From Gammaproteobacteria bacterium (GTDB lineage: Bacteria; Pseudomonadota; Gammaproteobacteria; Steroidobacterales; Foliamicaceae), in contig CBDATM010000001.1 in assembly GCA_965200225.1 (NCBI GenBank), positions 633,510 through 697,509 on the forward strand: a DNA stretch of 64,000 bases. The letters are read 5' to 3'. The notes below the pieces were generated by a model. That model ran no database searches and was not told where the DNA came from. It was given only the letters and a program-made list of their open reading frames with translations. Positions 45,502-55,961 of this stretch are shown one piece after another (the first letter of the stretch is position 1; each line of letters opens with the position of its first letter). Both the position numbers and the translations under genes were made by a program.

Positions 45502-47643
45502 ATGCAAGCAGCCTTGATCGTCGCGCTCGCGCTTTTTTTTCTGCCTGGGGCTTTCGCTTTGGCCCAGCCGCCTGCCGCAGGCGACGAAGCGCCACGATCG
45601 CAGGGGCAGGGCTCGCAAGCGCAAAGCAACTCCCGCGACCCACTCGAGGAAATCGTGGTGACCGCCAGGCGGAGAGCGACAGCCGCCCATAGCGTCGCCC
45701 GCAGCCTCACTGTTCTGGGACTGGAGAATGCGGGCTGGCTCCTGGGCCAGACGCATGTGCAGGAGGTCCTCGCACGGGTCCCGGGCCTGAATCCGCAAAG
45801 GGGCAGCGGCCAGGAGTACCTGCCCGCCTTGCGTTCGCCGGTGCTCACTGGCGCCGGCGCCTGTGGCGCTCTTCTTACGGCGGAAGACGGCATACCGTTA
45901 ACGTCGCCGGGGTTCTGCAACATCAACGAGCTGTTCTTCGCCCACCACGAAGCGGCCTCGCGGGTCGAGGTCCTGAGGGGTCCCGGCACCGCGGTTCATG
46001 GCGGCAACGCCCTGCACGGGGTAGTCAACGTCATCACGGCGACTCCGGGAGCTTCCTCCGAGGCGGGAGTGGAAATCGGAACGCATGGGTTTTCCCGTTT
46101 TCGACTGAACGTTCCGGGTAAGTCCGGCGCCGGCGTGAAGCTCACCGGAACGCGCGGCGGCGGCTTTCGTGAGGACTCCGGCTACCGCCAACTCAAGTTC
46201 ACCGGCTTCAAGGCGGGCGGGAACGGTCGCTGGCGCTGGACCGCGGGCGTGGCTGCAAGCGGGCTGGATCAGGACACGGCCGGCTACGTGACCGGCCTTG
46301 ACAGCTACCGGGACCGGGAGACCGCACGAGCCAACCCGGACCCCGAGGCCTTTCGCAAGGCCGTCAATTTGCGCGCCTACTCCCGTCTGGAGTACAGCCG
46401 CACAGAAGCGTTGACCGTGGTTGTGACGCCTTATGCGCGATATTCGCGCATGCGCTTTCGGATGCACTTTCTGCCAGGCGATCCCTACGAAAGCAACCAT
46501 CACGGCGGTCTTGGCGTGCAGTCGGCCGCCTATATGAACACCGCTGCGGGTCTGTTGGTGGCCGGCGTGGATACCGAATACACCAAGGGGGGATTGCGGC
46601 AGTGGCAGGAAAACGACACGGCGGGCAGCGCATTCGCCCGCGAAGTGTTCCCGCGCGGCGGTCACTATGACTACCGCGTGGGCGCGCTGTGGTTGGCGCC
46701 GTTTGCCCAGTTCGATCTTCCCGCTGGCGAACGCTGGACTTTCAGTGCGGGCGGCCGCTACGAGCGGGTGCGCTATGATTACCGAACCCGTCTGGCCGCC
46801 GGACGAACCCGCGACGACCTGAGCGTTTGCGGCTTTGGCGGTTGCCGCTACAGCCGGCCGGCCGACCGTGCCGATACCTTCATGACTTTCTCCCCCAAGC
46901 TGAGCGTCATGTGGCGGCCCGAGCCGGAGCGGCGCGCCTGGTTAAGCCTTGCGCACGGGTTTCGCATGCCGCAGGCCACGGAGTTGTATCGCCTTCAGGG
47001 GTCGCAGACCACCGCCGAGTTGCGCCCGGAGCATGTTCGTGCGGCGGAACTGGGATTTGCCCTTCGTTTTGCGGCAGCGGGCGCACAGGCTGATGCGCAG
47101 GCTGACGCGCAACTGGTTCTTTACCACATGCGCAAGCGGGACGTGCTGTTTCGCGATGCAGAACTGTTCAACCGCGCCGGCGGCGGTACCCGGCACGAAG
47201 GCCTGGAGGTGGATTTCGGGTGGCCGCTGGCCAGCGCGTTCAAGCTGGAACTCACCGCCAGTCTGGCGCGCCATCGCTACGATCGCGACTTCGTTCTCGC
47301 AGGCATCAATCTGAGGGGGCTGGACGTGGATACCGCTCCGCGGCGGTTCGGCGGGGTTCGCCTGCGCTGGCAGGATGGACAAGAGCGCACGGTGGAGCTG
47401 GAGTGCCTGTGGACTGGAGGTTACTTCCTGGAGCCACAGAACCTCCACCGCTATCCGGGACACGAACTGTTCAACCTGCGCGCCAGCACGGTCCTCAAAG
47501 GTGGACTGACTGCCTACCTGAGGCTGCTGAATCTCACCGGCCGCATCTACGCGGACCGCGCCGACTACACGGTATTCAGCGGCGAGCGCTACTTTCCGGG
47601 CGCGCCTCGCTCCCTGTATCTGGGGTTGCAGTGGCGCTGGTGA
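45502..47643 (+). CDS. TonB-dependent receptor
   Basis: Signal peptide, plug domain (EEIVVTARR), beta-barrel repeats and a terminal ...LYLGLQWRW aromatic residue. Confidence 0.88.
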   Translation: MQAALIVALALFFLPGAFALAQPPAAGDEAPRSQGQGSQAQSNSRDPLEEIVVTARRRATAAHSVARSLTVLGLENAGWLLGQTHVQEVLARVPGLNPQRGSGQEYLPALRSPVLTGAGACGALLTAEDGIPLTSPGFCNINELFFAHHEAASRVEVLRGPGTAVHGGNALHGVVNVITATPGASSEAGVEIGTHGFSRFRLNVPGKSGAGVKLTGTRGGGFREDSGYRQLKFTGFKAGGNGRWRWTAGVAASGLDQDTAGYVTGLDSYRDRETARANPDPEAFRKAVNLRAYSRLEYSRTEALTVVVTPYARYSRMRFRMHFLPGDPYESNHHGGLGVQSAAYMNTAAGLLVAGVDTEYTKGGLRQWQENDTAGSAFAREVFPRGGHYDYRVGALWLAPFAQFDLPAGERWTFSAGGRYERVRYDYRTRLAAGRTRDDLSVCGFGGCRYSRPADRADTFMTFSPKLSVMWRPEPERRAWLSLAHGFRMPQATELYRLQGSQTTAELRPEHVRAAELGFALRFAAAGAQADAQADAQLVLYHMRKRDVLFRDAELFNRAGGGTRHEGLEVDFGWPLASAFKLELTASLARHRYDRDFVLAGINLRGLDVDTAPRRFGGVRLRWQDGQERTVELECLWTGGYFLEPQNLHRYPGHELFNLRASTVLKGGLTAYLRLLNLTGRIYADRADYTVFSGERYFPGAPRSLYLGLQWRW

Positions 47644-47673
47644 AGCGCTGGAGAAAGGACGGCGTGTGAGCCG

Positions 47674-48030
47674 CTATTCCTCCGAGTCCGAGCTCGCGAC
47701 CCACTCGCCACCCAGAAAACCGCAGCCGATCTCAAGCGCAAAGGCCTCGCCAGTGTAGTAGTACAGCTTCGATTCGCCCAGGTCGCAAACGCCCACGGTG
47801 TCCCGCTCGGTGTCGCACTCTTCGCCTTCTGCGAAGGATGCGTCGTGGTTGTCGTCGGTCTCGCCCATCTCGGTGCACTGGGCTTCCGTCAGCGGCCCCT
47901 GACATACGTCGAAAGGTCCGGCGAACATGTTTTCCTGGACATAGGTGCAGGCGCCGCCCGCTTCCTCGTCGCCCATCGCAGTGCCCATCAGGACGAGAAT
48001 CAGGCCCGGCAGAAGGTGAAATGTCTTCAT
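47674..48030 (-). CDS. Small secreted acidic Cys-rich protein, unknown function
   Basis: 118 aa with a signal peptide. The mature part has 8 Cys and is strongly acidic. Confidence 0.5.
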   Translation of the reverse strand: MKTFHLLPGLILVLMGTAMGDEEAGGACTYVQENMFAGPFDVCQGPLTEAQCTEMGETDDNHDASFAEGEECDTERDTVGVCDLGESKLYYYTGEAFALEIGCGFLGGEWVASSDSEE

Positions 48031-48179
48031 GAGTTTGTCCCCCGATCAAAACTGCCGGGAATGATAAACCACCACTCTGATATGCTAGCGCTGCGACCGG
48101 CTGATATTGTCGGAGCACTAGCGAGAGTGTCCTGAGCAATCGCTTTTTTGGGTTTGGGACGAACCGGGGGGTCCAGCCT

Positions 48180-49601
48180 GTGTGGAAGAAAAAGAACGAG
48201 CATGATCGTCTCGCCGGAGTTCAATTTCCTGTTCCCACGCAGATTGTTTCCAACGAGGAGTACCTGCCAACGCCCCAGACGCCGGAGCAGCGGCAGGTTG
48301 AATCGCTGCTGCGGGAATGGTCGGCGGAACGCAGCCGGGCGCTGGGGCTGTCCCGCCGCGAGTTCCTGACCGGAAGCTGCGGGATGGCGGTGGCTTTCCT
48401 GGCGATGAACGAAGTCTTCGGTCCCTGGTTTCGCGTTGACGCGGCGGAAACCTACGACCTTCATGCCTATCCCGAGTTGTGGCCCAAGACCTCTTTCGTG
48501 TTCGATGCGCAGACCCACCACGTGCGCACCGGGGGCATGGAACCCTTGTTCTTCCGCAAGCTCTCGGCGCCCTTCAACAAGGAACTGGAGGGCGTGGAGC
48601 CGCAGCGGGGCGATCTTGAGTTTCGCAACTTCGTCAAGGAAGTCTTTTTCGACAGCGACACGCAGGTGGCGGTGATCAGCGGCGTGGCATCCAACCTGTT
48701 CAACGTGCTCAACTCCGACGAGATGGTGGAGGGCCGTCAGCGCCTGAACGACCTTGCCGGTTCCCAGCGCCTTCTCGCGCATGGGCTGGTGGCGCCGTTC
48801 TTTCCGGACTTTCTCGAGGAGACGGAACGGCAGGCGCTTGAGCTCAAGGTCGATTCCTGGAAGTTCTATCCCGGGGTCCGCGAGCGCAAGGGCGAGTTTC
48901 CGTTCTGGATGGACGACGAGAAGCTCATGTATCCCTTCTACGAGAAGATCCGCAAGCTGGGCATGAACCTGGTGTGCGTCCACAAGGGCCTGCCTCTGCC
49001 CGGTAGCAGCCTGGAGCACAACCACCCGCGCGACATCGAAAAGGCGGCAAAGGATCACCCGGACATCAACTTCATTGTGTATCACTCCGGTTTCAGGGCG
49101 GCGAACTACGAGTTGCCGCCCGGCGACGGCTATATCGAGGAAGGCGGCTACCTGCCGTGGACCACGGACCTGGTGCGGATGCGCGAGGCGAACCCGGACA
49201 TGACGAATGTGTACATGGAACTGGGCACCACCTTCGGTCACACCGTCATTACCCATCCCAACGTGTGCGCTCATTTCCTGGGCCAGATCCTCAAGGCCTT
49301 CGGGGCCGACCACGTGATCTGGGGGACGGATGCGATCTGGTGGGGCTCGCCGCAGTGGCAGATCGAGGCCTTCCGCCGCTTCCGGATGCCGGAGGAGCTG
49401 CAGGAAGAATTCGGTTATCCCGAGCTTACGGACGAGGACAAGGACAAGATTCTGGGGTTGAACGCCGCCCGCCTATACGGCGTCGATCCGGAGAAGGCGC
49501 GTCTGGCCCTGCCGGATGACGGCCTTGCGCGGCTGAAGACCTGGTACAGCTTCGAGGGCGGTCGCCCCAGCAACACGCAATACGGCTGGATCAAGGCCTG
49601 A
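48180..49601 (+). CDS. Amidohydrolase-2-family (TIM-barrel metal hydrolase) protein with Tat-type signal
   Basis: The twin-arginine motif LSRREFLTGSCGMAVAFLA follows an unusually long N-terminal leader. The C-terminal HVIWGTDAIWWGSPQWQIEAFRRF is typical of this family. GTG start as given in the track. Confidence 0.7.
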   Translation: MWKKKNEHDRLAGVQFPVPTQIVSNEEYLPTPQTPEQRQVESLLREWSAERSRALGLSRREFLTGSCGMAVAFLAMNEVFGPWFRVDAAETYDLHAYPELWPKTSFVFDAQTHHVRTGGMEPLFFRKLSAPFNKELEGVEPQRGDLEFRNFVKEVFFDSDTQVAVISGVASNLFNVLNSDEMVEGRQRLNDLAGSQRLLAHGLVAPFFPDFLEETERQALELKVDSWKFYPGVRERKGEFPFWMDDEKLMYPFYEKIRKLGMNLVCVHKGLPLPGSSLEHNHPRDIEKAAKDHPDINFIVYHSGFRAANYELPPGDGYIEEGGYLPWTTDLVRMREANPDMTNVYMELGTTFGHTVITHPNVCAHFLGQILKAFGADHVIWGTDAIWWGSPQWQIEAFRRFRMPEELQEEFGYPELTDEDKDKILGLNAARLYGVDPEKARLALPDDGLARLKTWYSFEGGRPSNTQYGWIKA

Positions 49602-49610
49602 TCGCCAGCC

Positions 49611-49744
49611 CCTCGGTCTTTTCGCGCCCAGCCCGTTTCGCGCCCCCGTCCTGTGCGGAGCGTCGGCGGCAGGACAGCCGCCGCCGAGCCCCATGGATGG
49701 GTTCATGCGTCTCCGCACAGGACGGGGCGCAAAAAGACCGAAGG
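49611..49744. repeat. Nested palindromic element, copy B
   Basis: The core at 49661-49710 is about 86% identical to the copy A core. The flanking stem gcgcc(c)ccgtcctgtgcggag / ctccgcacaggacggggcgc is extended by cggtctttt / aaaaagaccg. The left arm carries a 16-nt internal duplication. It lies between convergent genes. Confidence 0.85.
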
Positions 49745-49755
49745 ATTATCGGCGG

Positions 49756-51333
49756 CTATCGCGGGGACGCTGATGTGAGCTTGATGATCTGCCCGCCGCT
49801 GTCATGTTCCAGTAGAAGATAGATTTCACCGGCCGGCCCCACTTCGATGTCGCGAAAGCGGACCACGTCTTCCAGCAGCGTTTCCTGATGGGCCAGTTGA
49901 TGGTCGATCACGGTCATGCGCAACAGATCGGACGCTCGCAAGGTACCGACAATGATGTCGCCGTTCCATCGAGGGAACATGTCGCCCTGGTAAAACACGA
50001 AGCTGGACACGGCGGGCGCGGGTGTGAGGTCAATGACAGGCTGCTGAATGTCGGCCAGGTCGAAGTCGATGCCGAGCGCTTTGCCAAAAGCTACCGGCCT
50101 GCCGTCGTAATTGACGCCAAGAGAGAACAACGGCCACCCGTAATTGAGCCCGGGCTCGACAAGATTGATCTCATCGCCTCCGCGCGGACCCATCTCGGTG
50201 CTCCAGAGTTCGTTGGTGACCGGATTGAATTCCAGCCCCTGGGGATTCCGGTGGCCATAGGTCCAGATTGCCGGCTCCGCCTCGGGCGTGCCGAGGAAGG
50301 GATTGTCGGCCGGCACCCGGCCGTCGTCATGCAAGCGCATGATCTTGCCGTAGGGGGTGCTGAGATCCTGCACGCCGATGTGTTCCAGCGGGCCCTTGAT
50401 GCCCACGCCGAAATACACAAAGCCATCGTTGTCGAAGGCGATGCGACCTCCTGCGGCAATTTCCGGCATCAGGGTGTAATGCTTGTAATCCGCCTGCCAG
50501 AGGACCTCTTCGTCCACCCAGGCGCCGTCGCGAATGCGCCCGCGCACCAGTTTGTTCATGGACACATCCAGTCCTGATTGCCGGCTGATGTCGTTGCAGC
50601 CGGAGCAGCGATCACAGTAGTGGAGATAAATCCAGCCGTTGTTCTCATAGTCCGGATGCACAGCCACTTCCATCATCCAGCCGAGGCCCATCGGCTGACC
50701 GACGAAGTTGAACGAGTCCGCGTAGGCTTTGGGCGCGCCTGAAATCAGGTCGGATTGCCGCCCGTCAGCGGAAATGATGCTTAAACCCCGGCGCTTTTCC
50801 GACAGGAGCAGGCTGCCGTCCGGCAACGGTTCGATGGAAAACGGCAGCGGATCAAGTCCGTCAATCACCGTTTCAATGGTGAAATCGTGGTGTTCGCTTT
50901 CGATAGTCCCGGACGGTATTTCCAGCGGCGCGTTGTAGCGGAAATCCTCCAGGCTGGTGCCCTGACGCTGTTCGGAAACATACAGCGCCAACGCCCTTAT
51001 CTGCTGGCCGCTGAGCGCCGGAGAGAACCCGGGCATGCCCCGTTCGGGAAATCCCTGCGCGGTGCTCCTTGCAATGTCGTCTATGGAATTGCCGTGGAGC
51101 AAATCGGCGCCCCTGAGCGCCGTGCCCTGGGGCGCCCCCTGCAAGGCGTCCCCGTGGCAAACCGCGCATTCCTTGAGATAAAGCCGCGCAACAAGATCGG
51201 GCGGCGCCTCAGGCATATTCAGCTTCCGAAGATCAACGATTGGAGGAGCCCCTGCCGGTTGCGCCGTGGCGGCATCGAAAGCGCTGCAGGTAGCCGCAGC
51301 CAGCAGAGCGCACATTACGACGGTCCTATGCAT
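49756..51333 (-). CDS. PQQ-dependent sugar dehydrogenase (sorbosone/glucose dehydrogenase-B family) with N-terminal c-type cytochrome domain
   Basis: Signal peptide, haem motif CAVCHG, and beta-propeller motifs GHRNPQGLEF and GGDEINLVEPGLNYGWP. Confidence 0.85.
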   Translation of the reverse strand: MHRTVVMCALLAAATCSAFDAATAQPAGAPPIVDLRKLNMPEAPPDLVARLYLKECAVCHGDALQGAPQGTALRGADLLHGNSIDDIARSTAQGFPERGMPGFSPALSGQQIRALALYVSEQRQGTSLEDFRYNAPLEIPSGTIESEHHDFTIETVIDGLDPLPFSIEPLPDGSLLLSEKRRGLSIISADGRQSDLISGAPKAYADSFNFVGQPMGLGWMMEVAVHPDYENNGWIYLHYCDRCSGCNDISRQSGLDVSMNKLVRGRIRDGAWVDEEVLWQADYKHYTLMPEIAAGGRIAFDNDGFVYFGVGIKGPLEHIGVQDLSTPYGKIMRLHDDGRVPADNPFLGTPEAEPAIWTYGHRNPQGLEFNPVTNELWSTEMGPRGGDEINLVEPGLNYGWPLFSLGVNYDGRPVAFGKALGIDFDLADIQQPVIDLTPAPAVSSFVFYQGDMFPRWNGDIIVGTLRASDLLRMTVIDHQLAHQETLLEDVVRFRDIEVGPAGEIYLLLEHDSGGQIIKLTSASPR

Positions 51334-51683
51334 TCCTGAAGCCCTTTCTGTTCATCAGTTTTCAAACAAGGTGACGTGCCCGGCCGCCTCAATGGCCGTT
51401 GCACCTCAATGTATTCCCTTCGGCAGCATTGTGCCAGAGCCAGCTTCTAAAATAAGCATTGACGCTCAATATGCCCCGCAACCACCCGTGGCCGCAACTC
51501 CGCGCAGCAGAACTCCGCAGGCCACAAGGCTCGCAGTAAGTCCCGCAGTCTCGCAGAGCAGCAGACCGCAGTTCCGCAGTCCCGCAGGATGACTAAGCGG
51601 TATTATTCGGGTAATCTTGGGTCGGCGGATTCAATGGTCTGTCCGCGCCGGGGGCTTTGGACAACTTTGCAAGGGGGGTTGTT

Positions 51684-54497
51684 ATGCAAGCGACTTGTGG
51701 CCGAATTCTTTCACTTTCCATGGCGATTGCAGCGGGAGCGCTGATGGCGCTGCCGGCGGTGGCTCAGAACGATGCGGGGATCGAGGAAATCGTCGTCACC
51801 ACGCGGAAGAAGGAGGAAAACCTTCAGGACATTCCGATCGCGGTGAACGCCTTGAGCCGCGAAGACATGGAGCGGGCCGGCGTCAAGGAGTTGAACGAAA
51901 TCGCCCACCATGATTCCAGCCTGCAATTCGACATGGGCTTTGCGCCCTCCGATACGCGGCTGGTCATTCGCGGACTGTCGCCCACCCGGGGCCGTCCCAA
52001 CGCGGCTACCCTGGTGGATGGCATCGATATTTCCAGCGAAGCCATCGGCGTGGCCGGTGGCACCTTGCTCATCAACCCTCGCATGCTCGACATTGAGCGC
52101 GTCGAGGTGGTAAAGGGCCCGCAAAGCGCCCTTTACGGCCGCAGCGCGTTTGCAGGCGCGGTCCAGTACGTCACTCGCGACGCCTCGGATCAGCTTGACG
52201 GCGAAGTCTCGCTCGACGGCGCCGAGGAGGGGTACTACACGTTCAAGGGCAGCCTTTCGGGACCCCTGGGCGAATCCGCGGGCTTTCGTCTTAACGCCAT
52301 GTACTGGGAAGAGGGCGGCTTCTACAAGAACTCCATTACCGGCAACGACATCGGTGGCGGCGAAGGACTGGGCCTTGCCGCCACACTGAATTTCGAGCCG
52401 AACGATTCCTCCCGCTACAAGCTGCGCGTGGAATACTCCGACGACGAGTTCGAGGTGATGCCGCAGGCCAACGTTCCCTTCAACGGGATCAACCGCGTGC
52501 CGGACGCGGCTTCCCGATGCAACGGCGGCTTCGTACACGACGACGATTGCGACGGCCCTGCGAAAATCCTGCAGGATCACTTGTTGCGGACCCAAGCGGC
52601 AAACCCCAACGATCCCGCGGTGTTCGATGACATGGATCATCCCGGCGTGATCGGCGAGATTCCGGATGGCGATGAACTCGTGGTCACATTGACGCCCGAC
52701 TACCGCTACGGCATCGGCAACGATGATTTCCCCGGTTCAACGCGGGAAGTGCTTCGATTTTCGCTAGTGGCGGATTGGGAAATGGGACCCGGCACGCTCA
52801 CTTCGCTCACCGGCGTGGCGGACGGGGACACGTCGGCCCAAACGGACATTGACCGGATCGCCGAGGCAGGTCCGGGCGGCATGGACATCAGCTCCGCCAG
52901 CCAGATTCTCAATACCTGGACGAACACGTCACTGCTCAGCCAGGAGTTGCGCTACGTCTCCGATTTCGAGGGGCGGTTCAATTTCGCAGTGGGCGCGCAG
53001 TTGTGGCAGGAAGATGTGGACCAGAACGACCGCAACCACACCATTATTACCAATGGCACCTACTGCGCCCTGCTTCGCATCAAGCCCAGTCCGTTCGCCC
53101 CCGCTTTCACGATCGACACGTTTGGCGGGAATCCTCAATTGGGAATCCCCCCGAACCCTGTGCGCAATACCTGCAAATACTCCAGCCTTCCCAGCGCGCT
53201 GTTCACCCAGCAGGTCTTTGACGCGCGGCACGTGACCAACATAAACCGCGATACGGACCACCGGTCCATTTACCTGGCTCTCGATTTTGATTTGACGGAA
53301 ACGTTGGTGGCGACCGCGGAAGCGCGCTGGACCGACGAAACAACGGACCTGACCGCACCCAACACCTTCAATCCCGACCCCCGAGTTCGCCGGGCGGAGG
53401 GTCCCGGGTCGCTGCAGGCTTGCGGAAGTTCCGGCAACTGCATACCCGTCGTTTCCTGGGGCGTCTATCCGCCCAATGGCTTCGGCGTGGCCGGCAACTT
53501 CTCCACGCCGCTCACGTTCAGCCGCGGCGACAGCTATGTTACGCCCAAAGTGGGTCTGCAATGGACTCCGGCGGACAGCACGATGATGTACTTCTCCTGG
53601 GCCGTGGCCAAGAAGCCGGGCGGTTTCAGCACGCTGGGGATCGGCGGCTTAGGCGCGGACGGCAACGGCAACGGCGAGCCGGACGAGGTGGAGTTCGATC
53701 CCGAGGAAATGCAGGTGTGGGAGTTGGGCATGAAACGCACCCTCATGGATGGGCGCTTGCGACTCAACGGCGCCTACTTCTTCCAGGACTTTACCGATAA
53801 GCAGATCAGCACCCAGAGGATCATTCGTGGTCAACTGGGCACCGTGATCAGCAACGCCAGCGGCGCCGAGGTGCATGGCGTGGAACTGGACGCGAACTGG
53901 CTGATCAACGACAACTGGAGGCTGTCTGGCGGCTACACCTGGTTGAGTGCCGAGTACACCGATTACAAGGTCCTGTCCACCGGTTCGGCGGACGCAGCCC
54001 GCGTAGGCAACTGCAGCCTGGTGGTTGTAGTGGCAGGCTCGCCGCTTTGCGAAGTGGACCGCAGCGGCTTCGAGCTGGAGCGTTCGCCAGAGCATTCATG
54101 GCAGTTCACCCTGTCCTATCAGGGGCCTTCGAGGATCCGCGAGGGATGGGATTCCTTCGCGTCCTTCAGCGCCAACTACCAGAGCGAGCGGTTCATTGAG
54201 GATTTCAACAAGAAGATACTCAAGTCGTACTGGCGCGCCAACCTGAATTTCGGGCTGGCTGCGGACGAATGGGAATTCACGGTTTATGTGAACAACGTGT
54301 TCGACGACGACACGGTCACCTGGGCAGGCGGTGGTCCGGGCATGCCGGTGAGCGACTGGAGATTCGCCATTCTGTTGGACAGGACGGGATTGGGAGCGCC
54401 TTTTTCCATTCTCCCTGCGCCTCGGATCGCATCAACCGTGTATGGTTATTTGCCGCCTCCGAGGCAAGTGGGGCTGCGCCTGAACTACCGCTTCTAG
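51684..54497 (+). CDS. TonB-dependent receptor
   Basis: Signal peptide, plug (IEEIVVTTRKKEENLQDIPIAV) and terminal ...GLRLNYRF. The ATG at 51684 is preferred over the TTG at 51657. Confidence 0.88.
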   Translation: MQATCGRILSLSMAIAAGALMALPAVAQNDAGIEEIVVTTRKKEENLQDIPIAVNALSREDMERAGVKELNEIAHHDSSLQFDMGFAPSDTRLVIRGLSPTRGRPNAATLVDGIDISSEAIGVAGGTLLINPRMLDIERVEVVKGPQSALYGRSAFAGAVQYVTRDASDQLDGEVSLDGAEEGYYTFKGSLSGPLGESAGFRLNAMYWEEGGFYKNSITGNDIGGGEGLGLAATLNFEPNDSSRYKLRVEYSDDEFEVMPQANVPFNGINRVPDAASRCNGGFVHDDDCDGPAKILQDHLLRTQAANPNDPAVFDDMDHPGVIGEIPDGDELVVTLTPDYRYGIGNDDFPGSTREVLRFSLVADWEMGPGTLTSLTGVADGDTSAQTDIDRIAEAGPGGMDISSASQILNTWTNTSLLSQELRYVSDFEGRFNFAVGAQLWQEDVDQNDRNHTIITNGTYCALLRIKPSPFAPAFTIDTFGGNPQLGIPPNPVRNTCKYSSLPSALFTQQVFDARHVTNINRDTDHRSIYLALDFDLTETLVATAEARWTDETTDLTAPNTFNPDPRVRRAEGPGSLQACGSSGNCIPVVSWGVYPPNGFGVAGNFSTPLTFSRGDSYVTPKVGLQWTPADSTMMYFSWAVAKKPGGFSTLGIGGLGADGNGNGEPDEVEFDPEEMQVWELGMKRTLMDGRLRLNGAYFFQDFTDKQISTQRIIRGQLGTVISNASGAEVHGVELDANWLINDNWRLSGGYTWLSAEYTDYKVLSTGSADAARVGNCSLVVVVAGSPLCEVDRSGFELERSPEHSWQFTLSYQGPSRIREGWDSFASFSANYQSERFIEDFNKKILKSYWRANLNFGLAADEWEFTVYVNNVFDDDTVTWAGGGPGMPVSDWRFAILLDRTGLGAPFSILPAPRIASTVYGYLPPPRQVGLRLNYRF

Positions 54498-54543
54498 CGC
54501 TGCAGGCGCGGCTGTTCCGGGCGGCTTGAAAACCTGTAGCGGG

Positions 54544-54572
54544 CTTGAAAAACCAGGATTCCGCCCCCATAA
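54544..54572 (+). promoter_or_regulatory. Sigma-32 (heat-shock)-type promoter upstream of rpoH
   Basis: CTTGAAA (54544-54550), a 14-nt spacer and CCCCATAAA (54565-54573). This is a near-perfect match to the CTTGAAA-N13-15-CCCCATnT consensus, about 20 nt upstream of the rpoH ATG. A second CTTGAAA box lies at 54525-54531. Confidence 0.5.
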
Positions 54573-54593
54573 AATGGTAAAATCCATTGCGTA

Positions 54594-55475
<882 letters not shown>

Positions 55476-55597
55476 CCGAGGCTTTCAAACGGTCCGGCCC
55501 CGGACAGGCGTGAAACCGTCAGCCATTCCGTGTTCCTGCACCATGCTCGGCTTTACGTAGCGGACGATGTGTTCTCCCGAGCCTGATTCGTAGCCTC

Positions 55598-55961
55598 TCA
55601 TTGGTAGAGCAGTGAACGAAGATCGAATGCATCAATCTGCCGCCTAAGTCCATCGAAGGTATCCCGGCCTGCAACTCTTGAAACCACGGAGGCTGCCTTA
55701 CGTTTCTTGAAAATCACGTATTGCACGATTCCTTCCCCGAGAAACTGCAAGCCCAAGTGCGTTCCATTCCCACCCTTCCATACTGCACGCAGATTGCCGT
55801 TGTCCCCCAGGATCAGGCTCCCCCGTCGAATTTCAGGCTCGCCCTTCACGAAACGCCAAAAAAACTCGAGATGACATCGGACGCAATTGATATCCGTCCT
55901 CTGCCGCATAACCGCACAATTCTCGTATCCGGTCCTCGTAGGCTCTGAGTTTTGGTTGCAT
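55598..55961 (-). pseudogene. Hypothetical gene disrupted by a frameshift in an A7/T7 run
   Basis: The frame from the ATG at 55961 (MQPKLRAYEDRIRELCGYAAEDGYQLRPMSSR...) stops at 55833. The 55598..55909 ORF continues (…FWRFVKGEPEIRRGSLILGDNGNLRAVWKG…) in the adjacent frame. The switch coincides with the homopolymer at 55858-55864. Confidence 0.45.

Noticed and set aside
51334-51656. Cobalamin or other riboswitch in the long leader of the TonB-dependent receptor
   Set aside because: I could not find a B12 box or any other riboswitch core motif by eye. Only the YCGCAG repeat tract stands out. An Rfam scan is needed to be certain.
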